From NCBI GenBank assembly GCA_964505475.1, contig CAZDIJ010000008.1, positions 381 to 64,380 on the forward strand: 64,000 nt of DNA, in the 5' to 3' direction. The notes beneath the pieces were generated by a model. That model saw only the letters and a program-made list of their open reading frames with translations, was not told where the DNA came from and searched no databases. This stretch comes from an uncultured Sulfuricella sp. (lineage in GTDB: Bacteria; Pseudomonadota; Gammaproteobacteria; Burkholderiales; Sulfuricellaceae). Shown here piece by piece: positions 1 through 8,593 of the stretch; position 1 is the stretch's first letter, and every line of letters begins with the position of its first letter. Position numbers and translations under genes: made by a program.

Positions 1-1349
1 CCACCGTCACACACAGCAAAAAATCCTGCGCGGTCAACCCGCTCAAGATGAGCCAGCCGATCGGCGCGGCGCTGGCCTTTCTCGGGCTGGACAAGTGCAT
101 GCCGCTGCTCCACGGTTCGCAGGGCTGCACGGCGTTCGGGCTGGTGCTGTTCGTGCGTCATTTTCGCGAGACCATCCCCCTGCAAACCTCGGCGATGAAC
201 GAGGTGACCACCATCCTCGGCGGGCTGGACAATCTCGAACAGGCCATCGTCAACATCTACAACCGCGCCCAGCCGGAAGTGATCGGCATCTGCTCGACGG
301 GGCTGACCGAAACCAAGGGCGACGACGTGGAAGGCTACCTCAAGCTGATCCGCGAGCGCCATCCCGAGATGGCCGGCACCGCGCTGGTGTTCGTGCCCAC
401 CCCCGATTACAGCGGCGCGTTCCAGGACGGCTGGGGCAAGGCGGTGAAGGCCATCGTCGAGGCGATGTGCGAGCCGCGCCCGCGCACCGCCTGGCAGGTC
501 AACGTGCTGCCGGGATGCCACCTCTCCGTCGCCGACATCGAGGAGCTGCGCGAAATCATCGAATCCTTCGGCCTGTTCCCCATCATCGCCCCCGACCTGT
601 CGGGTTCGCTGGACGGCCATATCCCGGAAACTTTCCTGCCCACCACCCTCGGCGGGGCGAAAGCGAGCGACATCCGCGCCATGGGCGGTTCGGCGATCAC
701 CCTTGCCATCGGCGAACAGATGCGCGATGCGGCGGAAGCCTTGCAGGCCAGGACCGGCGTGCCCTACCGCCTGTTCGACCGGCTCACCGGGCTGGCGGCC
801 AACGACGAACTCCTGGGTTTCCTCGCCGAAGTGAGCCTCAACGAAGTACCCGCCAAATACCGCCGCCAGCGCAGCCAGCTGGTGGACGCCATGCTGGACG
901 GGCATTTCCATTTCGGCGGCAAAACCGTGGCGCTGGGCGCGGAGCCGGATTTGCTGTGGCAGATCGGCAGCTTCCTCGCCGAAATGGGCTGCGAAATCGC
1001 CGCCGCCGTGACCACCACCGCCTCGCCGCTGCTGGAGAAGCTGCCTGCCGCCGAAGTGCTGATCGGCGACCTGGAAGACCTGGAAAACCGCGCCGCCGGC
1101 TGCGACCTGCTGATTACCCATTCGCACGGACGCCAGGCCGCCGAGCGGCTGTCCATCCCGTTTTACCGCTACGGCCTGCCGACTTTCGACCGGCTCGGCG
1201 CGGCCCACAAGTTGAGCGTCGGCTATCGCGGCACCCGCGACCTGATTTTCGAGATCGGCAACCTGTTTCTCGACCACCTGCCGCATCCCCATCCCGACGA
1301 ATGGGCGTTGCCGGGAGACCGCCATGAGACGCTTGAAACTCGTCACTGA
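1..1349 (+). CDS. nifN: Nitrogenase FeMo-cofactor biosynthesis protein NifN (5' end lies upstream of the window)
   Basis: The frame of ORF 48..1349 stays open back to base 3 (..SCAVNPLKMSQPIGAALAFLGLD..LLHGSQGCTAF), a NifN/NifK-like N-terminal region. It lies directly upstream of nifX. Confidence 0.85.
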   Translation, partial: TVTHSKKSCAVNPLKMSQPIGAALAFLGLDKCMPLLHGSQGCTAFGLVLFVRHFRETIPLQTSAMNEVTTILGGLDNLEQAIVNIYNRAQPEVIGICSTGLTETKGDDVEGYLKLIRERHPEMAGTALVFVPTPDYSGAFQDGWGKAVKAIVEAMCEPRPRTAWQVNVLPGCHLSVADIEELREIIESFGLFPIIAPDLSGSLDGHIPETFLPTTLGGAKASDIRAMGGSAITLAIGEQMRDAAEALQARTGVPYRLFDRLTGLAANDELLGFLAEVSLNEVPAKYRRQRSQLVDAMLDGHFHFGGKTVALGAEPDLLWQIGSFLAEMGCEIAAAVTTTASPLLEKLPAAEVLIGDLEDLENRAAGCDLLITHSHGRQAAERLSIPFYRYGLPTFDRLGAAHKLSVGYRGTRDLIFEIGNLFLDHLPHPHPDEWALPGDRHETLETRH

Positions 1350-1371
1350 TACCCCCCAAGGAGAACCCGCC

Positions 1372-1791
1372 ATGAAAGTCGCCTTCGCCACCGAAGACAT
1401 GAAGCACGTCGATGCCCATTTCGGCTGGGCCAGGCACTTCGCCATCCATGAAGTTTCGCCGGGCGGGCACCGTTTCGTCGAAGCCATCCAGTTCGACGGC
1501 GACCTCAAGGAAGACGGTTCCGAGGACAAGCTGATGCCGAAGATCGACGCCATCCGCGATTGCGCCATCATCTACGTTGCTGCCATCGGCGGCTCGGCGG
1601 CGGCCAAGGTGGTCAACGCCAAGGTGCATCCGGTCAAGGTATTGCAGCCCGAGCCGATTGCGGAACTGCTCGACCGCCTGCAGAAAGTCCTGCAAGGCAC
1701 CCCGCCGCCCTGGCTGCGCAAGGCGCTGTTGAAAGGCAGCGAACGTAAGTTGAATTTCGACGACAGTGAGGAGGAAGTCAGCCATGTCTGA
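1372..1791 (+). CDS. nifX: Nitrogen fixation protein NifX
   Basis: [28 protein letters not shown].. is typical of the NifX/NifB-C family. AAGGAG lies 8 nt before ATG 1372. The listed ORF start at 1324 overlaps the nifN end. Confidence 0.85.
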   Translation: MKVAFATEDMKHVDAHFGWARHFAIHEVSPGGHRFVEAIQFDGDLKEDGSEDKLMPKIDAIRDCAIIYVAAIGGSAAAKVVNAKVHPVKVLQPEPIAELLDRLQKVLQGTPPPWLRKALLKGSERKLNFDDSEEEVSHV

Positions 1792-2260
1792 GGCAATCTT
1801 GTTGAAAAAACCGGGGACGGCGTTGCCGGGTTCGCTGTTCGTCGCCGAACTGGTCAAGCAGTGGCGCGCCCAGGATGCCTACGGCGCGTGGGAAGGAAAA
1901 AGCGACGCAGAATTGCTCGAACCCTATGTGATCGATAAGGAAAAACGCAAGGAAATTCCCATCATCGGCGACCCCGATCCGGAAATCCTGTGGCGCCTGG
2001 AGCTGTTCTACAACGCCGTGGGCCTGGCCATCGAGCGCCAGACCGGCGTGATGGTTTCGCCGATGATGAAGATGAGCCACGAAGGCTTCGGCAAGATGGT
2101 GCTGCTCGCCGGGCGTCTGGTTGTCATCAACAAGCAACTGCGCGACGTGCACCGTTTCGGCTTCCTCACCTACGACAAACTCGCCGAGGAAGGCGACAAG
2201 TTCGTCCAGGCCGGGGTGGAAATGATCCGCCGGTTTCCCGAGGTGGCGAAATATGGATGA
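1784..2260 (+). CDS. NifX-associated nitrogen fixation protein (DUF269 family)
   Basis: Its ATG overlaps the nifX stop and follows GAGGAGG. Conserved nif-cluster position after nifX; sequence ..[35 protein letters not shown].. recalled as DUF269-like. Confidence 0.75.
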   Translation: MSEAILLKKPGTALPGSLFVAELVKQWRAQDAYGAWEGKSDAELLEPYVIDKEKRKEIPIIGDPDPEILWRLELFYNAVGLAIERQTGVMVSPMMKMSHEGFGKMVLLAGRLVVINKQLRDVHRFGFLTYDKLAEEGDKFVQAGVEMIRRFPEVAKYG

Positions 2261-2441
2261 CGACGCACTCAAGGCGCAGATCAGGAAACTCAACGCCCAG
2301 GCGACCCAGCTCAAGATGGACTTGCACGATTTGTCCGAGGAACTGCCGCTCAACTGGGAAAAAATTCCCGAGGTGGCGGCGCGCACCTTCGAGGCCTACC
2401 AAGCGCTGACGGAAGCACGCAAGCAACGGGTCGGCAACTGA
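2253..2441 (+). CDS. Small nif-cluster protein (DUF683 / CCE_0567-like family)
   Basis: 62-aa helical protein that overlaps the previous stop. Position between the DUF269 gene and fdxB is as in other nif clusters. Confidence 0.65.
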   Translation: MDDDALKAQIRKLNAQATQLKMDLHDLSEELPLNWEKIPEVAARTFEAYQALTEARKQRVGN

Positions 2442-2465
2442 ATTGTATTTTTCAAGGAGAGCAAC

Positions 2466-2774
2466 ATGTCGGTATTTTCCGTAACCCTGCCCAGCGGCAT
2501 CGAATGGGTGCCGCAGTTCGTCAAGGGCATCAATATCGAAAAATGCATCGGCTGCGGCCGCTGTTTCAAGGTGTGCGGGCGCGATGTCCTGCAACTGATG
2601 GGTGTCGACGAGGAAGGCGAATTCATCGCCGTCGATCCCGACGACGATGACGATGACGACGAATACGAAAAAAAGGTCATGGCCGTCGCCAAGGGCGAAA
2701 ACTGCACCGGCTGCGAAGCCTGCGCCAAGATTTGCCCGAAGAAGTGCTACACCCACGCACCGATGCCGGTTTGA
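2466..2774 (+). CDS. fdxB: Ferredoxin III, nif-specific (2x[4Fe-4S])
   Basis: Two cluster motifs, CIGCGRCFKVC and CTGCEACAKICP, separated by an acidic DDDDDDDE insert. GGAGAG RBS present. nif context. Confidence 0.85.
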   Translation: MSVFSVTLPSGIEWVPQFVKGINIEKCIGCGRCFKVCGRDVLQLMGVDEEGEFIAVDPDDDDDDDEYEKKVMAVAKGENCTGCEACAKICPKKCYTHAPMPV

Positions 2775-2795
2775 TCGATTTATCGAATTTTTATC

Positions 2796-2969
2796 ATGCC
2801 TCTGAACCATTCTCAGTCGCCACGCCTTCCCTCGCTTGCGGGGGAAGGTTGGGATGGGGGCAAACACCGGCGGTTAAGCGGGCAAACGCCCCCTCCCCAA
2901 CCCTCCCCCGCACGCTACGCGCGCAAGGGAGGGCGTGCCTGCATAGGCTGAAAATAGTTCATAGGCATA
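2796..2969. mobile_element. MITE-like element, family A, full length
   Basis: Terminal inverted repeats ATGCCTCTGAACCATTCTCAG / CTGAAAATAGTTCATAGGCAT (18/21). The interior is a nested GC-rich palindrome. Flanked by ATTTTTATC / ATTTTTTAT, a degenerate 9-bp duplication. Confidence 0.75.
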
Positions 2970-2994
2970 ATTTTTTATTGAGAAAGGAAGCAAC

Positions 2995-3171
2995 ATGGAC
3001 GAAAACGTCGGTTACATCAATTTCGCCAGCGCCGAGGACGTGTCCCTGCACGCCCTGAAATTCGCCCGCGACGCGGAAAAAGGCCATCGCCAACTGGTGC
3101 AGTTGATCTTCGAATTGATGAAACAGCCCGAGCCTGGCAAGGCCGAACTGGAAAAGTTGCTCAAGCGCTGA
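2995..3171 (+). CDS. Hypothetical small helical protein (58 aa), nif-associated by position
   Basis: Not in the ORF track (<60 aa). ATG 2995 is preceded by AAGGAAG, and the third-position GC bias resembles neighbouring genes. Product: MDENVGYINFASAEDVSLHALKFARDAEKGHRQLVQLIFELMKQPEPGKAELEKLLKR. Possibly a Rop-like nif protein (unverified). Confidence 0.5.
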   Translation: MDENVGYINFASAEDVSLHALKFARDAEKGHRQLVQLIFELMKQPEPGKAELEKLLKR

Positions 3172-3199
3172 GCCGGACGAGGCGTCACCAAGGATGTCG

Positions 3200-3234
3200 C
3201 GGCGCGCGGAGAGCGGCACCACCTCCGCGCGCCG
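3200..3234 (+). terminator. Strong hairpin after the small ORF (possible terminator or attenuator)
   Basis: Perfect 12-bp GC stem (CGGCGCGCGGAG / CTCCGCGCGCCG) with an 11-nt loop. Only a weak, displaced T-run (GATTTTC) follows. Confidence 0.3.
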
Positions 3235-3276
3235 GCCATGTGATTTTCAAACAGCACCATCATAAGGAGAAAAGTC

Positions 3277-3648
3277 GTGAAGAAGCACAATATCGCAATC
3301 GTCGGTCTGGGGCGCGTCGGCTCGGTGTTCCTCAACGAACTGCTGGGCGAGAACGTCAGCGGCGTCAAGGTCGTGGCCGCCGTCGAAAAGGCCGAAACGC
3401 CCGCCAAGGCGGCTGCCGCCAAATCCCACGTCAAGGTTCTGTCCCTCGACGAACTGGTCGCCGAGGGCGACAAGATCGACGTGGTGTTCGACTTGAGCGG
3501 CGGCGCCAACGTCGCCGAGGAGCTGCACCGGAAATACGCCGCCAAGGGCAATCAGCACACCATCGTCGCCCCCGAGCGCATGGCGCACCTGATGCTGACC
3601 GTGATGGAAAACCAGAAGAACCTGCCGGACGTTCATCCGCAGCCGTAA
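3277..3648 (+). CDS. Small NAD(P)-binding Rossmann-like protein, function unknown
   Basis: GTG start after AAGGAGAA. The N-terminal IAIVGLGRVGS is a GxGxxG dinucleotide-binding motif. 123 aa, located between fdxB and nifQ. Confidence 0.6.
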   Translation: MKKHNIAIVGLGRVGSVFLNELLGENVSGVKVVAAVEKAETPAKAAAAKSHVKVLSLDELVAEGDKIDVVFDLSGGANVAEELHRKYAAKGNQHTIVAPERMAHLMLTVMENQKNLPDVHPQP

Positions 3649-3716
3649 TCGTAATCACCATCCCGCGCAGGCGCGGCCTCCCCGCCGCTCTGCGCCCCCT
3701 TGCCGGGAGCCGGAAC

Positions 3717-4259
3717 ATGAACCGCCAACAGATGTTGAATCAAGCCAACAACGCCGTCTCCGCCGCCACCCGCGCGCTCGCCTGGGTAATCAGCTCGGAG
3801 GAATACCGCCCGGCCATGCTGCGCGGCATCGCCACGGACGATTTCGACCGCCTGATGGAACGCTACTTTCCCGGAACCGGAACCGACCGCAAGGCATTGG
3901 CCAGCGGCTGCGCGCCGCTGCGCGACGACGAATTCCAGGACATCCTCGATTTACTGATGGAATACCGCGCCGACGACAGCGACGAAACGACATGGCTCGC
4001 CAACGCGGTGGCCGCCGCCTGCCTGGGCGGCAACCATTTGTGGCAAGACCTCGGCCTGGCCAACCGCCAGGAATTGTCCGGCCTGCTGCAAGCGAATTTC
4101 CCGCTGCTTTACGCCAGGAACACCGGCAACATGAAGTGGAAAAAGTTCTTCTACAAACAACTCTGCGAACGCGCCGAAGTGCAAGCCTGCCGCGCGCCGA
4201 GCTGCGCGGTGTGCGGCGACTATGCCGCCTGCTTCGGCGGCGAGGAAGCCGCCGCGTAA
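3717..4259 (+). CDS. nifQ: Nitrogen fixation (molybdenum processing) protein NifQ
   Basis: C-terminal CRAPSCAVCGDYAAC is the Cx4Cx2Cx5C NifQ signature. An internal ATG at 3717 of the long ORF 3240..4259 gives a typical NifQ length of ~180 aa. Confidence 0.8.
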   Translation: MNRQQMLNQANNAVSAATRALAWVISSEEYRPAMLRGIATDDFDRLMERYFPGTGTDRKALASGCAPLRDDEFQDILDLLMEYRADDSDETTWLANAVAAACLGGNHLWQDLGLANRQELSGLLQANFPLLYARNTGNMKWKKFFYKQLCERAEVQACRAPSCAVCGDYAACFGGEEAAA

Positions 4260-4490
4260 CCGTCCCGCCATCCGCGTCCGCACCGGACGCCCCCTCCGCC
4301 TCCGACAAGCATCGGCGGCCGGAGGAAAAAGTGCATAATTCATGGCAATTCTCTAAAATGGCTCCATGATCCCCATCCGCCACCGCGCCCCGGCTTGAAT
4401 TCACCATCAGGTTCCGTTTTCAAGTAGTCCGCGAATGGCTATTTGAAAACAAAATCTTAAGAAACCCACCGTATTTCCAGGAGAGGCACA

Positions 4491-5552
4491 ATGGATATCC
4501 ACAACAAACCGATCCAGCAGCGCATCGAATGGCTGATCGGGCACGCCGACCGGCACGCGGCGGCGTTTTGCAGCCCGGAGCAATACCTCGCGCGGGAACG
4601 CTACCTGGCCGAGCATCCCACCGCGATCACGGTGCTGAAGTGCATGGACGGACGCATCAACATCCCGGTCGCCACCAACACGCCGCCCGGCATCATCACG
4701 CCGATCCGCAACCTGGGCGGCCGTTTCGACCTGGGCTGGCCGCATCTCGGCGAGGTGCTGGCGCACCATGTGCACGAGCGGGTATCCGCCGGGCGGCGGA
4801 TGATGATGCTGATTACCTACCACTATTCCAAGGGCGACCCGCACCGCGGCTGCGCCGGTTTCAGCTACGACACCGAGGCGGCGAAGGCGCATACCTACGC
4901 CATCAAAAAGCAGGTCGAGCATGTCTTCGGCAGCGGCCACGGCACGGTCTACCCGATCGTCTGCGGCTTTGAAACCGACGAGGATGCACTGATCCTGCAT
5001 GGCAGCAACGGCGACAAGCTCGACATGTCGGCGCTGGAAGGAGAGAGTCCGGGCAAGCTGGAACAGCGCCTCGAAACGCTGTTCCCGGACATGCCCAATC
5101 AGGTGCTGCACGATCTGCTGCCGCTACTGCTGGGCAATATCGAGCATATCGCCGAGGTCAAGCAGATGCCCCGCACTCTCGACATCGAGCACCGCGAATG
5201 GATGATCTGCCTGGGGCGCGGCTTCGACTTCCTGCACATGCCCAACCTCGCCCTGATTATCGGCCCCTACAGTCCTGACTTGGCCGACCCGATCAGCAAG
5301 GCGGCGGGCATCATCCAGAGCAACATGAAGGCCGGGCGCATCCCGGACGACGGTTTCCTGCTGCTGACTTCGGTGCCCTATGCCGAGATCGGGGTGGATC
5401 GCGCCCGCGCCGAACTCAAGTCGCGCTTCCTGTCGCAATTCGCCGCCAATGTGATCCGCAGCGAATTTTCCGAACTGGCCGGAAAAATGTTCGTGCGCGC
5501 GGCGGTGCTCAACCCGCGTTCCCGCACCCTGGAGGAAATAGCGCTGGAATAG
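4491..5552 (+). CDS. Uncharacterised protein with collinear beta-carbonic-anhydrase-like motifs
   Basis: GGAGAGG RBS. Motifs in order: LKCMDGR (CxDxR), ITPIRNLGGR (compare the RNxGN motif) and HRGCAGF (HxxC). At 353 aa it is longer than classical beta-CAs. Assignment rests on motifs only. Confidence 0.45.
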   Translation: MDIHNKPIQQRIEWLIGHADRHAAAFCSPEQYLARERYLAEHPTAITVLKCMDGRINIPVATNTPPGIITPIRNLGGRFDLGWPHLGEVLAHHVHERVSAGRRMMMLITYHYSKGDPHRGCAGFSYDTEAAKAHTYAIKKQVEHVFGSGHGTVYPIVCGFETDEDALILHGSNGDKLDMSALEGESPGKLEQRLETLFPDMPNQVLHDLLPLLLGNIEHIAEVKQMPRTLDIEHREWMICLGRGFDFLHMPNLALIIGPYSPDLADPISKAAGIIQSNMKAGRIPDDGFLLLTSVPYAEIGVDRARAELKSRFLSQFAANVIRSEFSELAGKMFVRAAVLNPRSRTLEEIALE

Positions 5553-5556
5553 GCGC

Positions 5557-7038
5557 TTATCGCAGCCTGGCCACCCAGGCTTCCCCAGCCGGCTTGATGA
5601 CATCGAGAACGGCGGCGGGGTAGAAACCGACGGCCAGGACGATGGCCGTGGCGGCCAGGGCAATCGCCAGTTCGCGCGGACGCAGGTCGGCGGCGTCGGC
5701 AACCACCGGATTGGTGACCGGCCCGAAGAAACCACGGCGGTAAATCCCCAGGAAATAGGCGGCGCCGAGCACCATCGCGAACAAGGCGGCCAAGCCCGCG
5801 CCGGTGTGGGTGTTGAGGGCGGACAACAGGATCAGCAGTTCGGCCGGGAAGCCGCTGGTGCCCGGCAGCCCCATGGTTGCCAGCCCCAGCAGCAGGATGA
5901 AAGTGGCCAACAACGGCATGGAGCGCGCCGCGCCGCCCAGGCTGACGATGTCGGTGGAACCGACGCGATGATGCAGGAAGCCGGTCAGCAGGAACAAGCC
6001 GCCGGCCGCCATGGTGAAATTCAGCAGTTGCAGCACCGCCCCCTGCAAACCTTGCAGGTTGAAGGAACTCAATCCCAGCACCACCAGGCCGACATGGGAC
6101 AGGCTGGAATAGGCCAGCATCTGCCGCAGGTTGGTTTGCGCCAGCGCCGCCACCGCGCCGTACAGCACGGCCACGGTGCCCAGCCCGGCGAACAGCCAGT
6201 GCAGCTCGCGCGCCGCTTCCGGCGCCAGCGGCACGGCAAACCGGATCAGGCCGTAGGCGCCGAGCTTGAGGCCGACCAGCAACGCCGTCACCGCCACCGG
6301 ACCTTCCATCGTCATCACCGGCAGCCAGGTGTGCAAGGGAAACAATGGGGTCTTCACCGCGAAACCGAGCAGCAGCAGCAGGAAAATCATCCATTCGACC
6401 CCGCCCGGCGCCGGCGTGGCCAGCAACGACGGCAGGTCGAAAGCCAGACCCGCGCCGGTTTGCGCCGCGTGGCTGAAGGCCAGCATCAGAAAGCCGATCA
6501 GCAGGGGCACGCCGCCCGCCAGCATGACCAGCGTGTATTTCACCGCGGCATAGCGCCGGTTGGGACCGACTCCCCAAAGACTTACCAGGAAATACAAGGG
6601 CACCAGCGACAGTTCCCAGAACAGGAAGAACAGGATGGTGTCGAGCGAACAGAATATCCCCAGGGTGGTGGTTTCCATCAGCAACAGCAAGCTGTAGTAC
6701 AGGCGCGGCAAGGCATGCACGCTGTTCCACGAGGCCAGGATCACGCCGATGAAGAGTAGCACCGTGGCGGGCAGGAACAGCACCGAGATGCCGTCCACGC
6801 CGACCAGGTAATGGATGTTGAGGGTGGGTATCCAGTCGATTTTTTCCACCAGTTGAAAGCCGGGACGAGCCGGATCGAATTTCGCCACGATCGCCAGGGA
6901 AATCGCCAAGTCGATCAACGCCGTAACCAAGGCGACGCGGCGCGCCCATTCGGGGCGCGGCAGCAGCCAGGCGAGCGCGGCGCCCGCGGGAAGGGTGAGA
7001 AACAGCAGGCTGAGCAGGGGAAAAGCGGCGGCGTCCAT
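5557..7038 (-). CDS. NuoM/NuoN (NdhD)-type proton-translocating antiporter-like subunit, last gene of the DAB-like operon
   Basis: 493-aa polytopic protein with ..PLFPLHTWLPVMTMEGPVAVTALLVGLKLGAYGLIRF..AYSSLSHVG.., typical of the PF00361-type family. Its start lies 1 nt after the preceding stop. Confidence 0.8.
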   Translation of the reverse strand: MDAAAFPLLSLLFLTLPAGAALAWLLPRPEWARRVALVTALIDLAISLAIVAKFDPARPGFQLVEKIDWIPTLNIHYLVGVDGISVLFLPATVLLFIGVILASWNSVHALPRLYYSLLLLMETTTLGIFCSLDTILFFLFWELSLVPLYFLVSLWGVGPNRRYAAVKYTLVMLAGGVPLLIGFLMLAFSHAAQTGAGLAFDLPSLLATPAPGGVEWMIFLLLLLGFAVKTPLFPLHTWLPVMTMEGPVAVTALLVGLKLGAYGLIRFAVPLAPEAARELHWLFAGLGTVAVLYGAVAALAQTNLRQMLAYSSLSHVGLVVLGLSSFNLQGLQGAVLQLLNFTMAAGGLFLLTGFLHHRVGSTDIVSLGGAARSMPLLATFILLLGLATMGLPGTSGFPAELLILLSALNTHTGAGLAALFAMVLGAAYFLGIYRRGFFGPVTNPVVADAADLRPRELAIALAATAIVLAVGFYPAAVLDVIKPAGEAWVARLR

Positions 7039-7039
7039 G

Positions 7040-8551
7040 TCAATGATGTCCGAAATGCGCCGAGAGCGCTTGCAGCGAAGCCTCGACCAGTTTCATCCAG
7101 GGTTCGAGATAAAACCCGGTCACCAGCAGCACCGCCAGAATGCCGCCGGCCACCAGATATTCCATCGGCAAGGTGGCCTCGATCGTACCGGGCGGCCGCC
7201 ATTCCGGGCGCGGCGCCAGGAAGGCGCGCTGGAAGGCCCACAGCAGGAAGCCGGCGGTGACCACGTTACCCAGCGCGGCGGCCACGGTGGGCAGCGCGCC
7301 GAACTTGTCGATGGCCGCCTCCAGCACCAGATGCGCCGCGTCGAAGCCGGGGGTGCCGGGCATGCCGATGATGGAAAAGCCTCCGACCAGAAACGTCATG
7401 CTGAGGAAGGGAATGCGGTCGAACAACCCTCCCAGGCGATCGAGCGAAGTCGTGTGGGTGCGCCGGTAGACGAACCCGACCATGAACAGCAAGGCGGTGG
7501 CGGCCAGGCCGAAATTGACCGCGAGCAGGATGCCGCCCTGGAAGCCGGCGTGATGCAGGCTGAACAGGCCGATGGTAATCAGGCTGGTGTGGCTGACCAC
7601 GGCGAAGGCGATCAGGCGGCGCAAATCCTTTTGCAGGAAGGCGAGGAAGGCGGCGTAGAAAACTCCGGTGGCGGCGAAGGCGACCACATAGTTTTGCCAC
7701 TGGACGACGGCCTCCGGCACCAGCGGAAAAACGAAACGCACCAGCCCGTAGATGCCGACCTTGATGCCCAGCAGCAAAACCGGGGCGATGGCCACGTTGC
7801 CATGCTCGGCCATGAGCGGCAGCCAGCCGTGCATCGGAAACAGAGGGGTGCGGATCGCCAGGCCGTAGAACAGCAGGAAGAACACCACCGAGGACAGCGG
7901 GGCGGCGATGTGGATGGCCGCCAGATCGACCAGATCGAAGCTCCAGCGCCCCCCGGCGGCATCGGCATGGCTCCAGCCCGCCACCAGCACGCCGGCCAGC
8001 AACAATAGCAGCCCGGTGCCCTGGAACTGATAAAAACGCGCCAGCGCCAGGTCTTTTTCCGCCGAGGTGGCCCAGCGCCACAACAGATGCCCGACCAGGC
8101 CGATTTCGATGGCCGAGGCCAGCACGAACCAGAGCAGATTGGTGGTGGTGAGCAGGGAAATCAGCACGCCCTCGATGGCCAGCAAGATTCCGATCAGCCG
8201 GCTGGGTTCGCCGAGTCCGCGCACCAGGCCGTAAATGCTGAGCAGGAAGGCGAGCAACGCGGTGAGCAGCACGAACAGCACCGTCACGCCGTCGGCGGCG
8301 GCATGATAGCCGAACGGTCCGAAGAGATCGACCCGTTCGGCCAGTTGCAGCGCCGGGGAGCCGATGTCGATGCGGCGATAAAGCGTGGCGGCCAGCAGCA
8401 ATTCCGCCAACACCAGGAAGCGCCCCAAGATCACCGCGCCGCGCCGTTCCCCGAGCAGCAGCAGGGCGCCCGCGCCGAGCAGCGGAATGGCTTGCAGGGC
8501 GCCGAGCAACGGAAACCCGGACTGCTGCGCCCAGTGAATTTCAGTCATCAT
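7040..8551 (-). CDS. NuoM (NdhD)-type antiporter-like subunit
   Basis: 503 aa, ..TPLFPMHGWLPLMAEHGNVAIAPVLLLGIKVGIYGLVRF..AFAVVSHTS.. . Confidence 0.8.
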   Translation of the reverse strand: MMTEIHWAQQSGFPLLGALQAIPLLGAGALLLLGERRGAVILGRFLVLAELLLAATLYRRIDIGSPALQLAERVDLFGPFGYHAAADGVTVLFVLLTALLAFLLSIYGLVRGLGEPSRLIGILLAIEGVLISLLTTTNLLWFVLASAIEIGLVGHLLWRWATSAEKDLALARFYQFQGTGLLLLLAGVLVAGWSHADAAGGRWSFDLVDLAAIHIAAPLSSVVFFLLFYGLAIRTPLFPMHGWLPLMAEHGNVAIAPVLLLGIKVGIYGLVRFVFPLVPEAVVQWQNYVVAFAATGVFYAAFLAFLQKDLRRLIAFAVVSHTSLITIGLFSLHHAGFQGGILLAVNFGLAATALLFMVGFVYRRTHTTSLDRLGGLFDRIPFLSMTFLVGGFSIIGMPGTPGFDAAHLVLEAAIDKFGALPTVAAALGNVVTAGFLLWAFQRAFLAPRPEWRPPGTIEATLPMEYLVAGGILAVLLVTGFYLEPWMKLVEASLQALSAHFGHH

Positions 8552-8593
8552 CCTTGCAACCTCTGTTCACCGCGGCAAAAGGAAAATATGGGT

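Noticed and set aside
2732-3058. ORFs that start at or run through repeat elements (also 19601..19786, 29841..30113, 29909..30094, 56022..56207, 58187..58735, 54752..54997)
   Set aside because: Their ATGs are the ATGCCT terminus of the family A element, or they translate palindromic repeats. The same peptides (MPxNxFQ.., ..GEGWDGG..) recur at unrelated loci, so these are repeat-derived and not genes.
3214-3229. CGGCACCACCTCCGCG as a sigma54 promoter before the Rossmann-like gene
   Set aside because: The GG/GC spacing fits, but TTGC is replaced by CCGC, and the GGCAC lies in the loop of a perfect 12-bp hairpin. A structural hairpin is the more economical reading.
3240-4259. 339-aa ORF spanning the Rossmann-gene region and nifQ
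   Set aside because: Its first 159 residues are R/G-rich shadow sequence overlapping the better-supported 3277..3648 gene in another frame. Only the part from ATG 3717 is NifQ-like.
4274-4290. Hairpin GCGTCCG-CAC-CGGACGC after nifQ as a terminator
   Set aside because: It has a 3-nt loop, only a 7-bp stem and no U-tract.
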